Source: Phoronis australis (Eukaryota > Animalia > Phoronida). Taken from it: a stretch of 64,000 nt of DNA. Below the pieces are notes generated by a model, which did no database searches, had not been told where the DNA came from, and worked only from the letters and a program-made list of their open reading frames with translations. Position 1 is the stretch's first letter. Each line of letters opens with the position of its first letter. A program made the translations under genes and the position numbers. Below, piece after piece: positions 12,275 to 24,768 of the stretch. The DNA lies in assembly GCA_002633005.1 (NCBI GenBank), contig NMRA01000373.1:1-64000 (forward strand), read 5' to 3'.

Positions 12275-15200
12275 AAATATTGCAGCAGAAATTGCAAAAT
12301 TTGGACAACTTGTGTTTCGAATGAACGGTTGATTTCTTCTTCAAGTAGACACGTTGCGGTTAAGGTACTTGTAATTGTCTGGTTACAATAACCTGTTGTC
12401 AATAGATTAGTGACTTTTGTTGGTTTATTGTTTGAAATACAAGCAACACAGAGGCGAAAAATCATTAACAATTAGTGTATTTATGTTGTTCAGTTCTACC
12501 GACTTTTTTTCTACTTACTAGTAGTAGCTCACAAAGTCATAAGTTACTAAGTAATAATTAATTGGAACATCTAACCGGTAACAGCCACTTTAACGACCAT
12601 AAATTTTTACTTGATGAAACGAAATTTCTCCAAGTCTGTTGCTTTGTCATGAAATTGTTCTGGTTTTTTTGTTTATTTGTTTGTTCGCATGCTACGGCTA
12701 CGCCGTGGTCGCATGTCTCAGTGATCAACGTGGAATTAACACACAACATGTTTCCTGAATGGCTCGAAGCTTATTGGGCTTTTCCAACTCGTCCTCTTAC
12801 CAAGATTGTCATGGACTCTGACAGCTATGAAATCACAACAGCAGTGGGAAAATTGGAGAAAACAATGAACATGGCCTTAAATTCTGCAGATTATAGTGCC
12901 CCCTTCCTTGTTTTACACGACGTGAGGACTCCACCACAAAAGTGCAAAGGCTACAACTGCCATTTACATTTCTGGCTGAGGAATTCAAGATGGCAAAGAC
13001 AATTAAGATTGGTGATGACCTTGACAGATTCCCAAGAGGACAAGTGGCAGGTATCCATATGAGCGAATGGGCTGAAAATAGTCCTCAGGCAGTGCACTCA
13101 AATTTCGTCAAAGCAGAAAGCAGACTCTAGTGTCGTGACGTCATTGCATCCTACGTGCACTCAAGGCAGGTTGAGAATAGAAACACGACAGATTTGGTCA
13201 TTTGGTCAGGTGCAGGCGAAGCTGTGAGAAGTCAAATGGTGCAGCAGGCATGAGATGAAGTTAATTATAAATAACTTGTGCAGATGGGACTTGGCAGAGA
13301 ATGCATTCACTACTTGAAGAAACTGGAACATTAAGACATGTGTTCTTGCTCTGCAGGACAGCGTGGTCGCGGGGCCATACAACTGGTAACCGCGTTAATG
13401 GAACTGGTTGACATTCTGGAGAAGGCAAGGAGAGCAGCGAAAGTTCCAATTAACGACCTAATGTGAGAAGTACATCATTTGTTAAACCTGGTGAGAAAAC
13501 AACATCCCGAGTAGTGCACAAAAATTCCGGCATTGGCATTATGAATGTTGTAGGAGAGTGGGAGATGGAAGGATATATTGCAGACAGATGGTTTTCCTGA
13601 CTTTGTAATGTTCAGCGAATCTTTGACCAGACGTTGTGCTTTGTTAATTAAGTTCCGTCAATAGAGGCAACTTAGAAATTGCCATTAAAAGAAGAAGAGT
13701 AAGTATGTGCAGAGCTGGAAGAAACAGTCAGAGCCAAGGTCGACATGGACTTTACCTGTAGAGGTTGGAGCATGTAGTAAATCCGTTCATCGATTACTGA
13801 CAACGCTTACCTATTATGGGCAAGGATCACTGTAACGCAGTAAGATGATTTAGTGATGCGATAGAGCAGGCATTATGCTGGTTGTGATGGAAGCCATCCA
13901 AGAGGCAGTACTAAGATTAGGAATTGAAATGGCTCTTGTATCCTTTAACAAAAGCAAGCATGACATTGAGTTCAGTGAGATCTAATCTACGCAATGCGAT
14001 ATCGATGCTTTAAGCTCGAGTTGATCTTCATTTGTCAGGGTTTATTACTTGTGAAAAATGTAATGTGTAGGCATATCCCAGTCAGCGTAAATCTGTGTGA
14101 AATCAAGGTTTTGCACTGACTCTACAACTTGAAAGCAGCACAGTTTTCTCGACATGACTTCCATTACCAATTAATATAAGCCAATTAATATAAGCATAAT
14201 AAGGGTACTCCTAAATGCTCACGGTTGCTTCAGCCCAGATCTTGGACAAAATCAACTTGGCATCCACCAAAGATTCCTTTTTGTCACGGTTGCAAAATTA
14301 GTTTTTGGACAAGTTGGGGTACTTAATTTTACGCGGTACTCTAGTCAGGTGTATAAAGCCCAGGTACCCACCATCCAACTGTGATTAGAAACTGAAAGGG
14401 GCAATAGTTGGATCTGGCTGCAGCCACGAAAAGGAAAAACTTCGGAGATCTATGTATTTTCACTAGTTTTTTGAAGAACGTAAGTAGTACCTGAGTGAAA
14501 CACTACAATTGAATGCGAGACTCAAAGTAATGGAATATTATGTACACTAGGGGGTGCAAGAATCAACTAATGAAATCAGATGAACATAAATAAGGATAGT
14601 ACAATTCTAAGAAAAGGAAATATAGCTAGTAAAAAGGTGTTCTGATGTTATTTGCTGTGCATCAGACATGCGCAGGCCTCATGGTTGGGCCCATTACACT
14701 AAACAACTACGCTAGAAACACGAGAGCCTCATCGTGGATCAACAGGTTCTTCGTGAAGGAAGTTTTCAGGTCTGCCTTCATGTCTCCTAATAGACTTTCC
14801 ATTTGGTTCTATACACTTTATGTTGTAGACATGTAACCGTGCCATCCAGTTGGTTGCTCCCTAGCCTACATAAAAAGCTGGGCTAGACTCTACCAGGTGT
14901 TTAGGGGTTTCGTTGCCGGTACCACTCTCGGGACATCCTGGGCTCCCCATATGCCCAGTAATGGGTCTGTGTCGGGCTAGGTTACAGTGGCCCGTCAAAA
15001 TTTTTATGACCACTGTCTTATGCCTAATCTATCAAAACTCAAGGTTTTTTGAACTGTTTGGTTTGAAGTATGAGCTTATCATATTCCTCAAGAAAACAAA
15101 CTGAACAACAGATCAAAAGTTAAGTAACTGTCTAATCCACACACTTTCAAAATGATCTGTGTTACCAACTCAACCCAGTTACATTACGATAGTTCTAGTA

Positions 15201-15795
15201 TGTAAACATTTTGTAACTCAGTTCATTAGGGGGCGCTTTGTACTTTATTAAGGAATTTGTAATTGAACCGCTGATGTCATCAATTGTCTTAATCATGATC
15301 TTTGATCTTAGTGAATGTGTGGAGTAGGGTAATAATTGTAGTATAGCTAGCACTTTACAAAAATAAAACACTGGCTGAAATGATTTGCAGTACAGTACGC
15401 AGAGCTGGTGATGTTTTTAACTGTTTAGCTTTTAAAATTCAATTCCTTGTGAAAAGATGATTTTCCCTGAAGAAATACAATTAAAATTAGCTAAAATGGT
15501 GTAATTGTATGTGTTTTGTTGACCAGCATTTCACACGATGGAGATGGATGTTTTCACTTTTGTGCATTCATTGACAAGGTTTGCAAGTTGTGATGTGGTG
15601 CAAAGATTACGCAAACAGTTAACAATAGATGTGATTGGAAACTTGTGTCATCTTCAGATAATACGTAATGAAGATACTTTTAATTAACAGAATTTTTGGA
15701 TTTGGACCTTACACCAAAAACATCATTCACAACTCAGTGATTATATACAGCTCTGGATGCTTGGTTCTTCTTTTTCAGTCGTCAACCCTTCAGCC

Positions 15796-18700
15796 ATGCC
15801 ACTTGGGGCCATCAAGAGTTCCTGTTGTCACGGTCCAGCAAATACCTACACCTTAACGTCACCCTTAGGAGATCTGGAGGTTGTCAGCTGCCCGAAAGGG
15901 ATACACTCTGTGGGATTTGTCAAAGAAATAACTGATGATAATTTCAATCCTGACGTCCAGTGAGTTCATTCTGTGATTCATATACTAAATACCAAACAAT
16001 TTAAAAATAAAAAATGTGATAATTCTATTAGTACAATAATTTAGCACATAACATTTTGGAAAAGTGAAATCTAGATGGTCAGATTTCTCACAAAAAATGA
16101 TTATCAAAATTTTGATCTATTATTATCTCAATTTGTGTTGTGTAGAAGTCGTAAAACAACATTTAGGAAAGTTTCTAGTTGCAATGATTGGTCAGTCTTA
16201 ATTTGGAAACAATGTTATACTATTTTGGTGCAAAGTAAGTGAAGAACAGTTATCTGGTTTGATCCAGACTGAAGTGACCTCTCTAAATTACAATTTTTTC
16301 TTTATGGTTTTTATCTCCATGGTTATGATACAACCCTTGCCACTTAATTCATGTTTAGAAAAAACAAAAATTTAAAAATAACAAGTGTGTAGTCAAAACT
16401 GAAGTTCCATTGATTAATTCATTGTTTAGAAAAACCAAAAACTTAAAAAAAACAGAAGAGTGTAGTTAGGAGTGAAGACCCATTGATGATCGAAATTTTG
16501 TACAGTTTTTTAAATTTTATGCACCCTCGTGGGTGCATTTTGCAGTCATCTCTGTCCGGGCGTCCAACGTCTGCGTTTGTATCTCCTAAACCCCAGTGGC
16601 AGTATCATGATGAGATTTGGCAGATGTGTTCCTAAGAAGGTGACGACAGACGGCTATGAATTTCGTACCAATTTGACTATTGCTCTGTCCCCTAGTGGCA
16701 ATTTTACTTTATACATTTGCCTCAGCTGTAACTTTTGAGGTCCTCGATGGATTTTCATGAAATTTTAAGTAAATATGTTTCTATTAAACAGACAATGACC
16801 CGTCAACGTTTTCGAACAGATTTAACGTATTCTGTGCCACCTAGTGGCAATTTTAAAAACTTGATGACGATTTTGATGTCCGCTTTCCTTACTGCCAAAC
16901 CGCACAAAGGATCCTTACGAAAATTGATAGATGTGTTCCTGATGATGACACTGATTTTCGTTTTTTAGCGTCTGCCTCTTTGTCTGCCAAACTTCTGAAA
17001 GGATCATTAGGAGTCATAGCAGTTGTGTTCTTGATGAGGAGACCATGGCTGATATTGATTTTTGGATGGATGTGACACCCGTGGTGTCCCCTAGTGGTGA
17101 CTTTTTGTGACCATGGCTGCAGCTCCTGATTTCTTTGCATGATGTTTATGAACTTTTGCTTTTCTTTTCCTATAAATGTGACAGTGGCTGGCAATTAGTT
17201 TTTGGACAGGTCTCACTACCGCAGTCGCCACTTCAGTAGCATTTTTTTCTTGAACTTTGGCAAACAATTGTCTATTATGAAGATGACGGCATCTTTCCAA
17301 TTTGTGATGGGTTTGTTGTATTCTGCACCACTTAGTGGCCATGTCAATTATTTTGAGTCTTCTTTTGTGCCGTCTTCTTCTGGCCACTGAGGATCTTATG
17401 AAAATGGGCAGATGTGTTGCTACAGACATGAGCAATGCTGTCATGTATTTTCAAATGGGTCGAACTACTGCGGTGCCCCCTAGTGACATTATTTTCGCAT
17501 CTGCGGCTGCAACTACTAAATCCCTTGCAAGATCATATCTTTGTCAAGTCTATTCCTATTCCAACAGATGGACGGATGTGACTACCACTGCCTTCTAATA
17601 GCAATTTGTTATTTTACGCCGCTGCCATATGTTTGGATTTACTTGGTGGATTTTCATATCGTTTTGTAATAGAGCGACAACCATGCTGTCCCATTTCGGA
17701 CAGATTTCACGTAATTCTGCGCCTTTTGATGGCCATCATACAAAAAAGACCATTTGGAGCACACCATTTGTGTTGCGGTCGTGGGTACATTTCAATGCTC
17801 CGTGTTGCTCTTGTTTAATTTCTGGTTGTGCACCTTCCAACTAAATGGCTGCCACAGTTGAATGATACTATAGGCATTACACTAAAAACGTCAATGTGTA
17901 CATGGCTGCAATTTAAAGCATCCTTTCGCCCTGTTTAGTTGGCTGAAAATAAAAACTTGACATGTTACTCTCATAAAATTGGTCACATAATCCTTACTGT
18001 GACAGGAATTAATTTCCGTTACGAACAAGAAAATAGAAACTATCAATGACACAAGAAAACACTTTGTGGGATTGGCCAACCCAAAAATTGCAAATTCAAA
18101 AATGGCGCGTGTATTCATTGCCTTTGATTAGAGTTGCTGGCTCATTTGACAACAATTCAAGATTGGGTGAGTGTGGTAAATAGTTTTAAATCCCTGAAGC
18201 GCTTCGTCTAAGAAATCAACATTGACAGCTAAACGGTGAAATGCTGTTTTACTATTTTAATATCGGATGATGAGATTTGTTCTATGAAATTAGTAATTGT
18301 GAATTCATGAAAAGATGAAACCTTCATTGCTGTTTTCCTTTTGTGGGAGAGCATTATTTTTAGGAAATCGTCACATTTAATGAGACATTTTATGATAATT
18401 ATATTACAATAAAAGCTGCCATAGTTAGGACATCAAAAAGAGATCTATTATTCTCAATTTTGCAATAAATTTGTATTTAGGACAGTTTTTTCTAATTTTT
18501 ACGAGAAACAAGAATTCATACAAAATTTGCGCAATTATTTATTGAAGACTTGACCAATATGAACCTTTAAGGATGTCTTAGATTTCGATATGATACTTAT
18601 TATCAATTCATATCAATCAGACATCAGTGTGAATTAACCCTTTCTGTTCTTCAACGTTTCTGACAAAACTAATACCCGGCGAAACATCCACACTTCCATA

Positions 18701-21700
18701 TACGTGGTTCAAGCAAATTTGCCATTGCATGTTCTCTCAAAGAACGTCTCAAAAATCAACTGTTCAGTTGTACTTCTTGACCGCTACTCATTTTGCTCAA
18801 AGTTGAAGCTTGTCCCAAAATAGGCAATATTGGCTGTCTCAAGTTTAAGAATTACCAGAAAGCAAAATTACCCACTCTGTAGAATGAAACTTGAGAAATA
18901 TGGCAAACACAAGAATCACCCTTGTCCCAAATACCAGAATCAGGAGTTTCCATTTTTCAAATTCTCGAGACTGTTCAAATTTTTACCTTAATGCAGCACC
19001 CCCATATTTACATGTGGGTACATATTGCCGGCATCTCTGTCTGGGCGTCTGAGCGTCCGGCGTCTGCCGCTGTATCTTATTGAAATTTGGCATGTGTGTT
19101 CCTATGGGGTTGACGGCAGAGGGCGACGAGTTTCGGACTAATCCGGATGCCACTGTGCCACCTAGTGGCAATTTAATTTTTTTACGTTAATTGCCTCTGT
19201 TTCTTCAAAAGCCTCAACTGATTTTCATGAAATTTGGCACATAGGCATATATTAATGAGGTGACGCAGTCCTCTAGTTTTTGGATGGACTCTAGGCATTT
19301 TGCGCAATCTAGTGGCCATTTTTACTTTCTTCGACTAGTGGCAGTTTTGTTTGTTTTTGTGCCTATGGCTGTATATCCTAAACGCTCTAGAGTATCTTTT
19401 AAATGTAGCAAATGTATTTATTTGTTGACAATGGATGACGACGACTTTCGGACAGATCAGATAAAGGGTGTGCCCCCTAGTGGCAATTTTATAGTTTTTT
19501 ACTTATACCTCTGTATATTCAAAGGTCCTCTATGGATTTCCATAAAATTTGGCACATAGGCATCTATTAATGAGGTGACCCTATCCTCCCTTTTCGGATG
19601 GGCTCTAGGTTTTTTGTGCCACCTAGTGGGCATTTTTAATGTTTTTAAGTCTGTTTTTTGGCGTCTATTCCTCCTTCAACCCAACCACTCTAAACAAGAT
19701 TGTGAAACTTGTCATGTATGTTCCTACTATGAAGAGAACGATTGACAATGACTTTTCAACAACTTTGACTACTGTGGTGCCTCCTAGTGGCATTTTTTGT
19801 GTCCATACCTGATCTCCTAAGCCCTTTGCAGGATCTTTATTAAATTTAGCACGTGTATTGATATGAAGTTGACAGCAGAGACGTCGACTTTCAGACGGAT
19901 CTGACGAACACTGTGCCCCCTAGTGGCAGTTTCATTTTTTCCATTTTCGTCTGTTTCTCTGAAGTTCCTTCGCAAATTTTCCTGAAATTTGGTTAATAGC
20001 TTTTTTTAAAGAAACAGTGACATTTTCTGGTTTTCAGACGGATTCGACGTATTTTGCGACATTTAGCGTCCATTTTTATTTTTTCTTGTCTGTTTTTGGC
20101 GTCTGCCCTCTGTCAACAAGACCACTCTTTGGATGATAGTGAAAATTGGCTTATATGTTCTTAGTTTAAAGACGACAGTTGACGATGATTTCCCGACTTC
20201 AATTACTGTGGTGCCTCCTAGTGGCAATTTTGTTTTTTGCACCCTTAGGTTTATCTTTATGGTGTAAATTTAGCAGGTGTATTCATATGAAATGGACAAC
20301 GGAAGACGACAAGTTTCAGACGGATCTGACAAATGCTTTGCCCCCTAGTGGCAATTTCATTTTTTCTGTTTTTCTCTGTTTCTCTAAAGTTCCAAGACGG
20401 ATTTCCATGAAATGTGGTAAATGTCTTTCTGTTAAAAAACAGTGACATTTACCTGTTTTTTGATGGATTCAAATTATTTTGCACCATCCAGTGGCCATTT
20501 TTATGATAAAAATTAACACCCTAGGAGCACACCATTTGCAGTGCATTTCAACGCTCCGCGTTGCTCTTGTTAAGATTCTTTGTTGGAAGTGACTACTATC
20601 TTGTTGATTGTGCAAAATTTAATCCAAACCACTGGTGCATAGAGGTTTAGTTACTGCATGATTGAACTCTACTGTTTTAGTGTGACTGTGAAAGTCAAGT
20701 CCCAACTGTACGAGGACAATGGATACACATACAAACCATTCTTAGTAAGCCTAGATTGGTTCAAGGTTTACTTCTCTGGGAGTACTGCCATTCAGACACT
20801 TCCTCTACCTCCGCTGTGTTTGGCTTACAAAAAGCAAGGTAAGGTGACACATGGCTCAGTTTAGGAAATACTATGGAGTACTTGGGAGGAGGTTGAGCTA
20901 TGTTTATTGTGTTTGTTACCCCCGATGCTTATTTGGCGTTTGAACGATAAGTGACCTAAATCAAATTTTTTTAACAGAAAACATGAGATTAATCTTCACC
21001 CCACTTGAATAGGAAGTGATTTTGAATACAAGTTAACATCTACCATTTTGTAATAAATACGTCATGTTAGATTTGCTAATTTCGGATAGGTGCACTTTAT
21101 GACGTAGTTGCTTAATTGTGACGAAATAGGCTCATGTGTACTATGGTTCTGTGTCCGTCTCTTCAAATGCGGCATACGTAGCCACATATCATCTGCTTGT
21201 GGCGTTTACAGACCATGGGGCCTGCAGTCTAATGTTTGTACTTGAAATTTGGATTTTTGTAGACATTTTCCATTTGATAAGTGGGTGTAGAGCCGAATGT
21301 GGGTATAAATCTGAGCAATTACCGTTAACTATTTGTCATTTACACTACCGGTAACTGGATTCTGTTTATGGAGTTTTCCAGGGAAACTGGAAATTGTCTG
21401 TTGAGTTACAGACTGAAATATATGAAGAAAGAGTATGTTACCCTAGAGGTGTTGGTAATTTTCAATCAGTATCTGTTTTCCAAGTAATCAGATGGAAACT
21501 GTTTGATGTCAAACATTTGCAAACTTGTTGAAATTTGCCAATTTCCCTCTGCCTTGTTTACTCAGACATTTTACAGCAGAATGCGATTTTGTTATGTTCA
21601 ACAGGAACTTTCATGAGGAAAGTTTGGAGCACACTTGCAGAGACAGTGCCATTTGGCGAGACCATCTCTTACGGAGAACTAGCGACTCGCTGTGGAAGTC

Positions 21701-21870
21701 CCCATGGTTCGCGTGCCGTCGGACAAGCCATGAAGAACAACCCTATCGGTATAATTGTCCCGTGTCACCGTGTTGTGCTGTCAGGAGGTAAACTGGGCTC
21801 TTACTGTGGTGGTGTGCGCAACAAGATGAAGAAATGGTTGCTGGACTATGAAAAGATCACGTGTCAGTGA
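15796..21870 (+). CDS. MGMT: Methylated-DNA--protein-cysteine methyltransferase (O6-alkylguanine-DNA alkyltransferase), 195 aa, 3 coding exons
   Basis: Exons 15796-15959 (MPLGAIK...SPLGDLEVVSCPKGIHSV), 20681-20838 (...LDWFKVYFSG...PLPPL) and 21605-21870 (GTFMRKVW...VPFGETISYGELA...GSRAVGQAMKNNPIGIIVPCHRVV...K.WLL.YE). GT-AG introns in phases 2 and 1 give 588 nt in frame. The PCHR catalytic Cys and RAVG arginine finger are intact. Confidence 0.95.
16344..16487. repeat. Two-copy ~69 bp tandem duplication
   Basis: TTAATTCAT(T)GTTTAGAAAAA(A/C)CAAAAA...GTGTAGT...TGAAG..CCATTGAT occurs twice head to tail. Confidence 0.7.
16515..17815 (+). mobile_element. Non-autonomous Helentron/DINE-1-like element with central tandem repeats, copy 1 (most diverged), in an MGMT intron
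   Basis: 5' TTTTATGCACCC-TCGT-GGGTGCAT hairpin, GTCY-like short repeats, ~8 central units with TG(C/T)CMCCTAGTGGCA, then 3' GTGGGTACAT sub-terminal repeat, CAATGC-TCC-GTGTTG stem-loop and CTCTTGTT end. No TSD; T-rich flanks. Confidence 0.75.
18980..20571 (+). mobile_element. Non-autonomous Helentron/DINE-1-like element with central tandem repeats, copy 2, in an MGMT intron
   Basis: Same termini as copy 1: 5' CCCATATTTACATGTGGG hairpin plus CGTCY repeats; 3' CAACGC-TCC-GCGTTG-CTCTTGTT. Eleven motif-bearing units at ~19160, 19310, 19337, 19478, 19623, 19784, 19920, 20063, 20218, 20346 and 20489. Confidence 0.8.
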
Positions 21871-24669
21871 GTGGCGACAGTCTTATTCTACATCTTCTTC
21901 CTCAAGGCAGTTGAGGTCAACCATTTTAAATGTTGCTAAGTATATTATGTTCACCTTGATGAGTTTGTACGTTTAGTGCCGTTCTTGTCACTTAAATTGG
22001 AGAACTCAGAAATCTTAGAGTGGGCGTTTTAGCCGATCAAGGGTTCTTAAAATATAAATTTTTGAGACGTCGAAGATGGGCATTTATCCTAATTAACCAT
22101 TAAGTAGCTACATTTATGTCAGACTCATAAGCAAGTCAGATAAAACTTTAGTCAGTAGGAGCTATTTTCCTACCCAGATGAGGCAAGGTGCCACAGAAAC
22201 CCTCGACTAGCTGTTCGTTACTCTCAGATAAATGAGCTATATAGTTTTGGAAGCTAAAATTTGCATGAGCCAGGTATTCACACACGTTTTAATTGTAGTC
22301 GAACAATTTCGTGAGTGGGCATTGAGCCAAACGTGGGCCTCTAGCAGTATGATTACAGTAATTGGAACTGTGACAAAATCTTATCATAATCACGCTTTGT
22401 CATGAATTGGGTTTTAGTAATACTATATTTTTTACTTCATTGTTAAAATGCCTTCTTGTAGATTTCATAAAATGCTTTTTCTTCAGTATTTACACAAAAA
22501 ATGTCGTCAAAGTTGTCTTTGTTTTCCGATTTTCTAAGGCAGACAGCAATGAGTGTTAGAAATTCTTACAGCTTCCTTAGTGTAGTTTTATGACAGCTAT
22601 ACATTACAAACACTGTCGGTAGTGAAATAGAATTTTCTCATTGGTGAAATGAAATACTATATGTCAGCCATATTTTACACTGAATAGGTAAGGTAGCATT
22701 CACGTGTTACGTCATCCAAAATTTGCCTTTTACTCCTTCCCGCTGTCGTTATGATATAAGCTCCCCCATCCAGGTTCTAATTAGTCAACGCTTCCCACCT
22801 GTTTTTGGAAGAACCAACAGTTCGTTAGAGCTTCCATCTTATTCAGCGATATTCCTGACCAGGTTTGAACCTGTGCCCTTTGGGCTCACCTGATGATAAA
22901 AGTGTGCCTTTTTAGTGTAATTAAAGTGGTTAACATATGAAACAGAAACCCCAAGAGCAGTCGCAATAGGAACAGAGTCATGTTTTACCTGACTGGCAGT
23001 AAGTTGACTAGAATCTAGCATTTTTGGAAGTGTTGCATTTTAAAAGGTTTGCCTGGAGGCCACGCTGCTGCAATCTACTTGAATGTACTTTTTTGTTTTT
23101 TGATGTGCTAATGGCACAAAGGAGCAGTCCAGGAATATCCCTGCTTATTATAAACTAATGTTTCTTTATAATCATACGTCGCATTTGTCGCTGTTGTATT
23201 CAGCAATGAAATACAGTACGCCATGACAACTATCAAATCATACTGTGATGGAGATATTCTGATAAACTTCTTGACGACATCACCACGAGTCTACCTCCTC
23301 CTGTCATTAATCGTCATCTTTTCCAAACCCCCTCCCTCCCCTCAAGTGATAACATAATACACAAAAGCTCCCCCAATAGATTATCAGCAAATGTATATTT
23401 TTTAATAAAAAGTGAGTACTCTGGACATGTCATACACCAACTGTGACACAAACTTGATCATTTATTTTTGACAAAAACTTGCTCTTATGATCTTGGTTGT
23501 GGTTTGCATTTACTCCTCTTAGCTGTGGTTTGCATTAACTCCATCTTTGCCATGTTATCTAGTCAAAATGTATGTCTTGAAGTGCCATTTACAATCATGA
23601 AAATGTTTAGTTATTACTTCCAGATTGCTGGTGTGAAGCTGAGGTTGTTGTTTATAAGATCTTCTTAGAATGCTGGTGCATTTTGGTTTTGAGGCATAAA
23701 TCATAACTTGTGGAAGGAATAAATTGGACCCATTCTAATCTGAGAATGGTTCTGTGTGCCAATAAGGTGCACTGCCATGAACTTATCACAAAAGCCCTGG
23801 TTATAAAAAATAAACTTTTTAGTCAAGTGGCAGTTTAATCCATTCTGACCTGAATTATGCTTTGTTTGATGTGAAATTTTGGAAAGTTTATTACAAAGAG
23901 AGAACAGTTTGATTATTCACCAATGTTTTGCATTCTATGACAAACATTTTCATATAAGTTGGTTTACTATTTTTTAATAAAATTCTACCGTGTACTCTAC
24001 GACTCCTTTAACACTATCACACAAAGGTGAGGCTTTTATCTGTGCCCATTTCATTTGCTATTGTCTGGGGGATATTCCGTTGACACAAATTGCTCGTGTT
24101 GAGAAATCTTCGCTTATGGAAGAGAAACAGAGCATTCTATGCCATAACTCAACATTCTAACCTCACCGACCAATCAATTATCATTTCCATGACTGCTATT
24201 TTGCAAGTATTATGTGAGCTGAAAAACGTTCCGAGATTCCTTCCGAAACACTCGACTTCCTGACTCGCGTGATTGTTTTTCGTCTTGTATGACTTTGCCA
24301 AAACTGTGAGAAACTTGCTCTAGGGAACGTATCCCTGGTGTTGACAAATAAAACTAAAATCAATGGGTGCATTGCAACATGTACTTTATATTAAACATCA
24401 CTACGAATAACATGATAACAAAATTGAATGCAGATTTTCTATTGCACAGAAAACTGGTACAAGACAAAAAAGTGTAAAATTTTACATCATAGTTGAAAGC
24501 AAAAAAGTGTTTTTATAAAAACCATACCGAGAATAAGGAGTTATTGAGCAAGATCAACCATTGTCATTAATAAATTCTGTCAATTTTTTATTGTTGTTAC
24601 TTATAAAACAGAACAAACTAAGGATAGAGCAGCTTTACTTGCCACCACAATTAACCACTTCCTTCATTA

Positions 24670-24740
24670 CTTGGGTGGCGCAGAACTGAAAAAAGTTGGG
24701 GGCTAAAGCTCCCTAGCCCCCCTGTGGTGCACCACCTATG
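24670..24740. mobile_element. ~70 bp GC-rich mini-MITE; an adjacent second copy (24744-24768 plus 26313-26358) is split by element copy 3
   Basis: Ends TTGGGTGGCGCA and (reverse complement) CATAGGTGGTGCA. The right half GGGGGCTA(A/T)AGCTCCC(T/C)AGCCCCC...TGGTGC recurs just after 26312. Confidence 0.6.
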
Positions 24741-24768
24741 GACCATGGACGTGGTAGCTAAGCACTGA

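Noticed and set aside
12900-12980. HLH motif suggesting an HUH endonuclease (parvovirus NS1, CRESS Rep or Helitron Rep)
   Set aside because: No other rolling-circle motifs and no downstream Walker A helicase motif were found; kept only as an unassigned decayed ORF.
15796-21870. Bacterial ogt/ada horizontal transfer or contamination
   Set aside because: The gene has canonical spliceosomal introns and sits among animal genes; MGMT is a normal eukaryotic gene.
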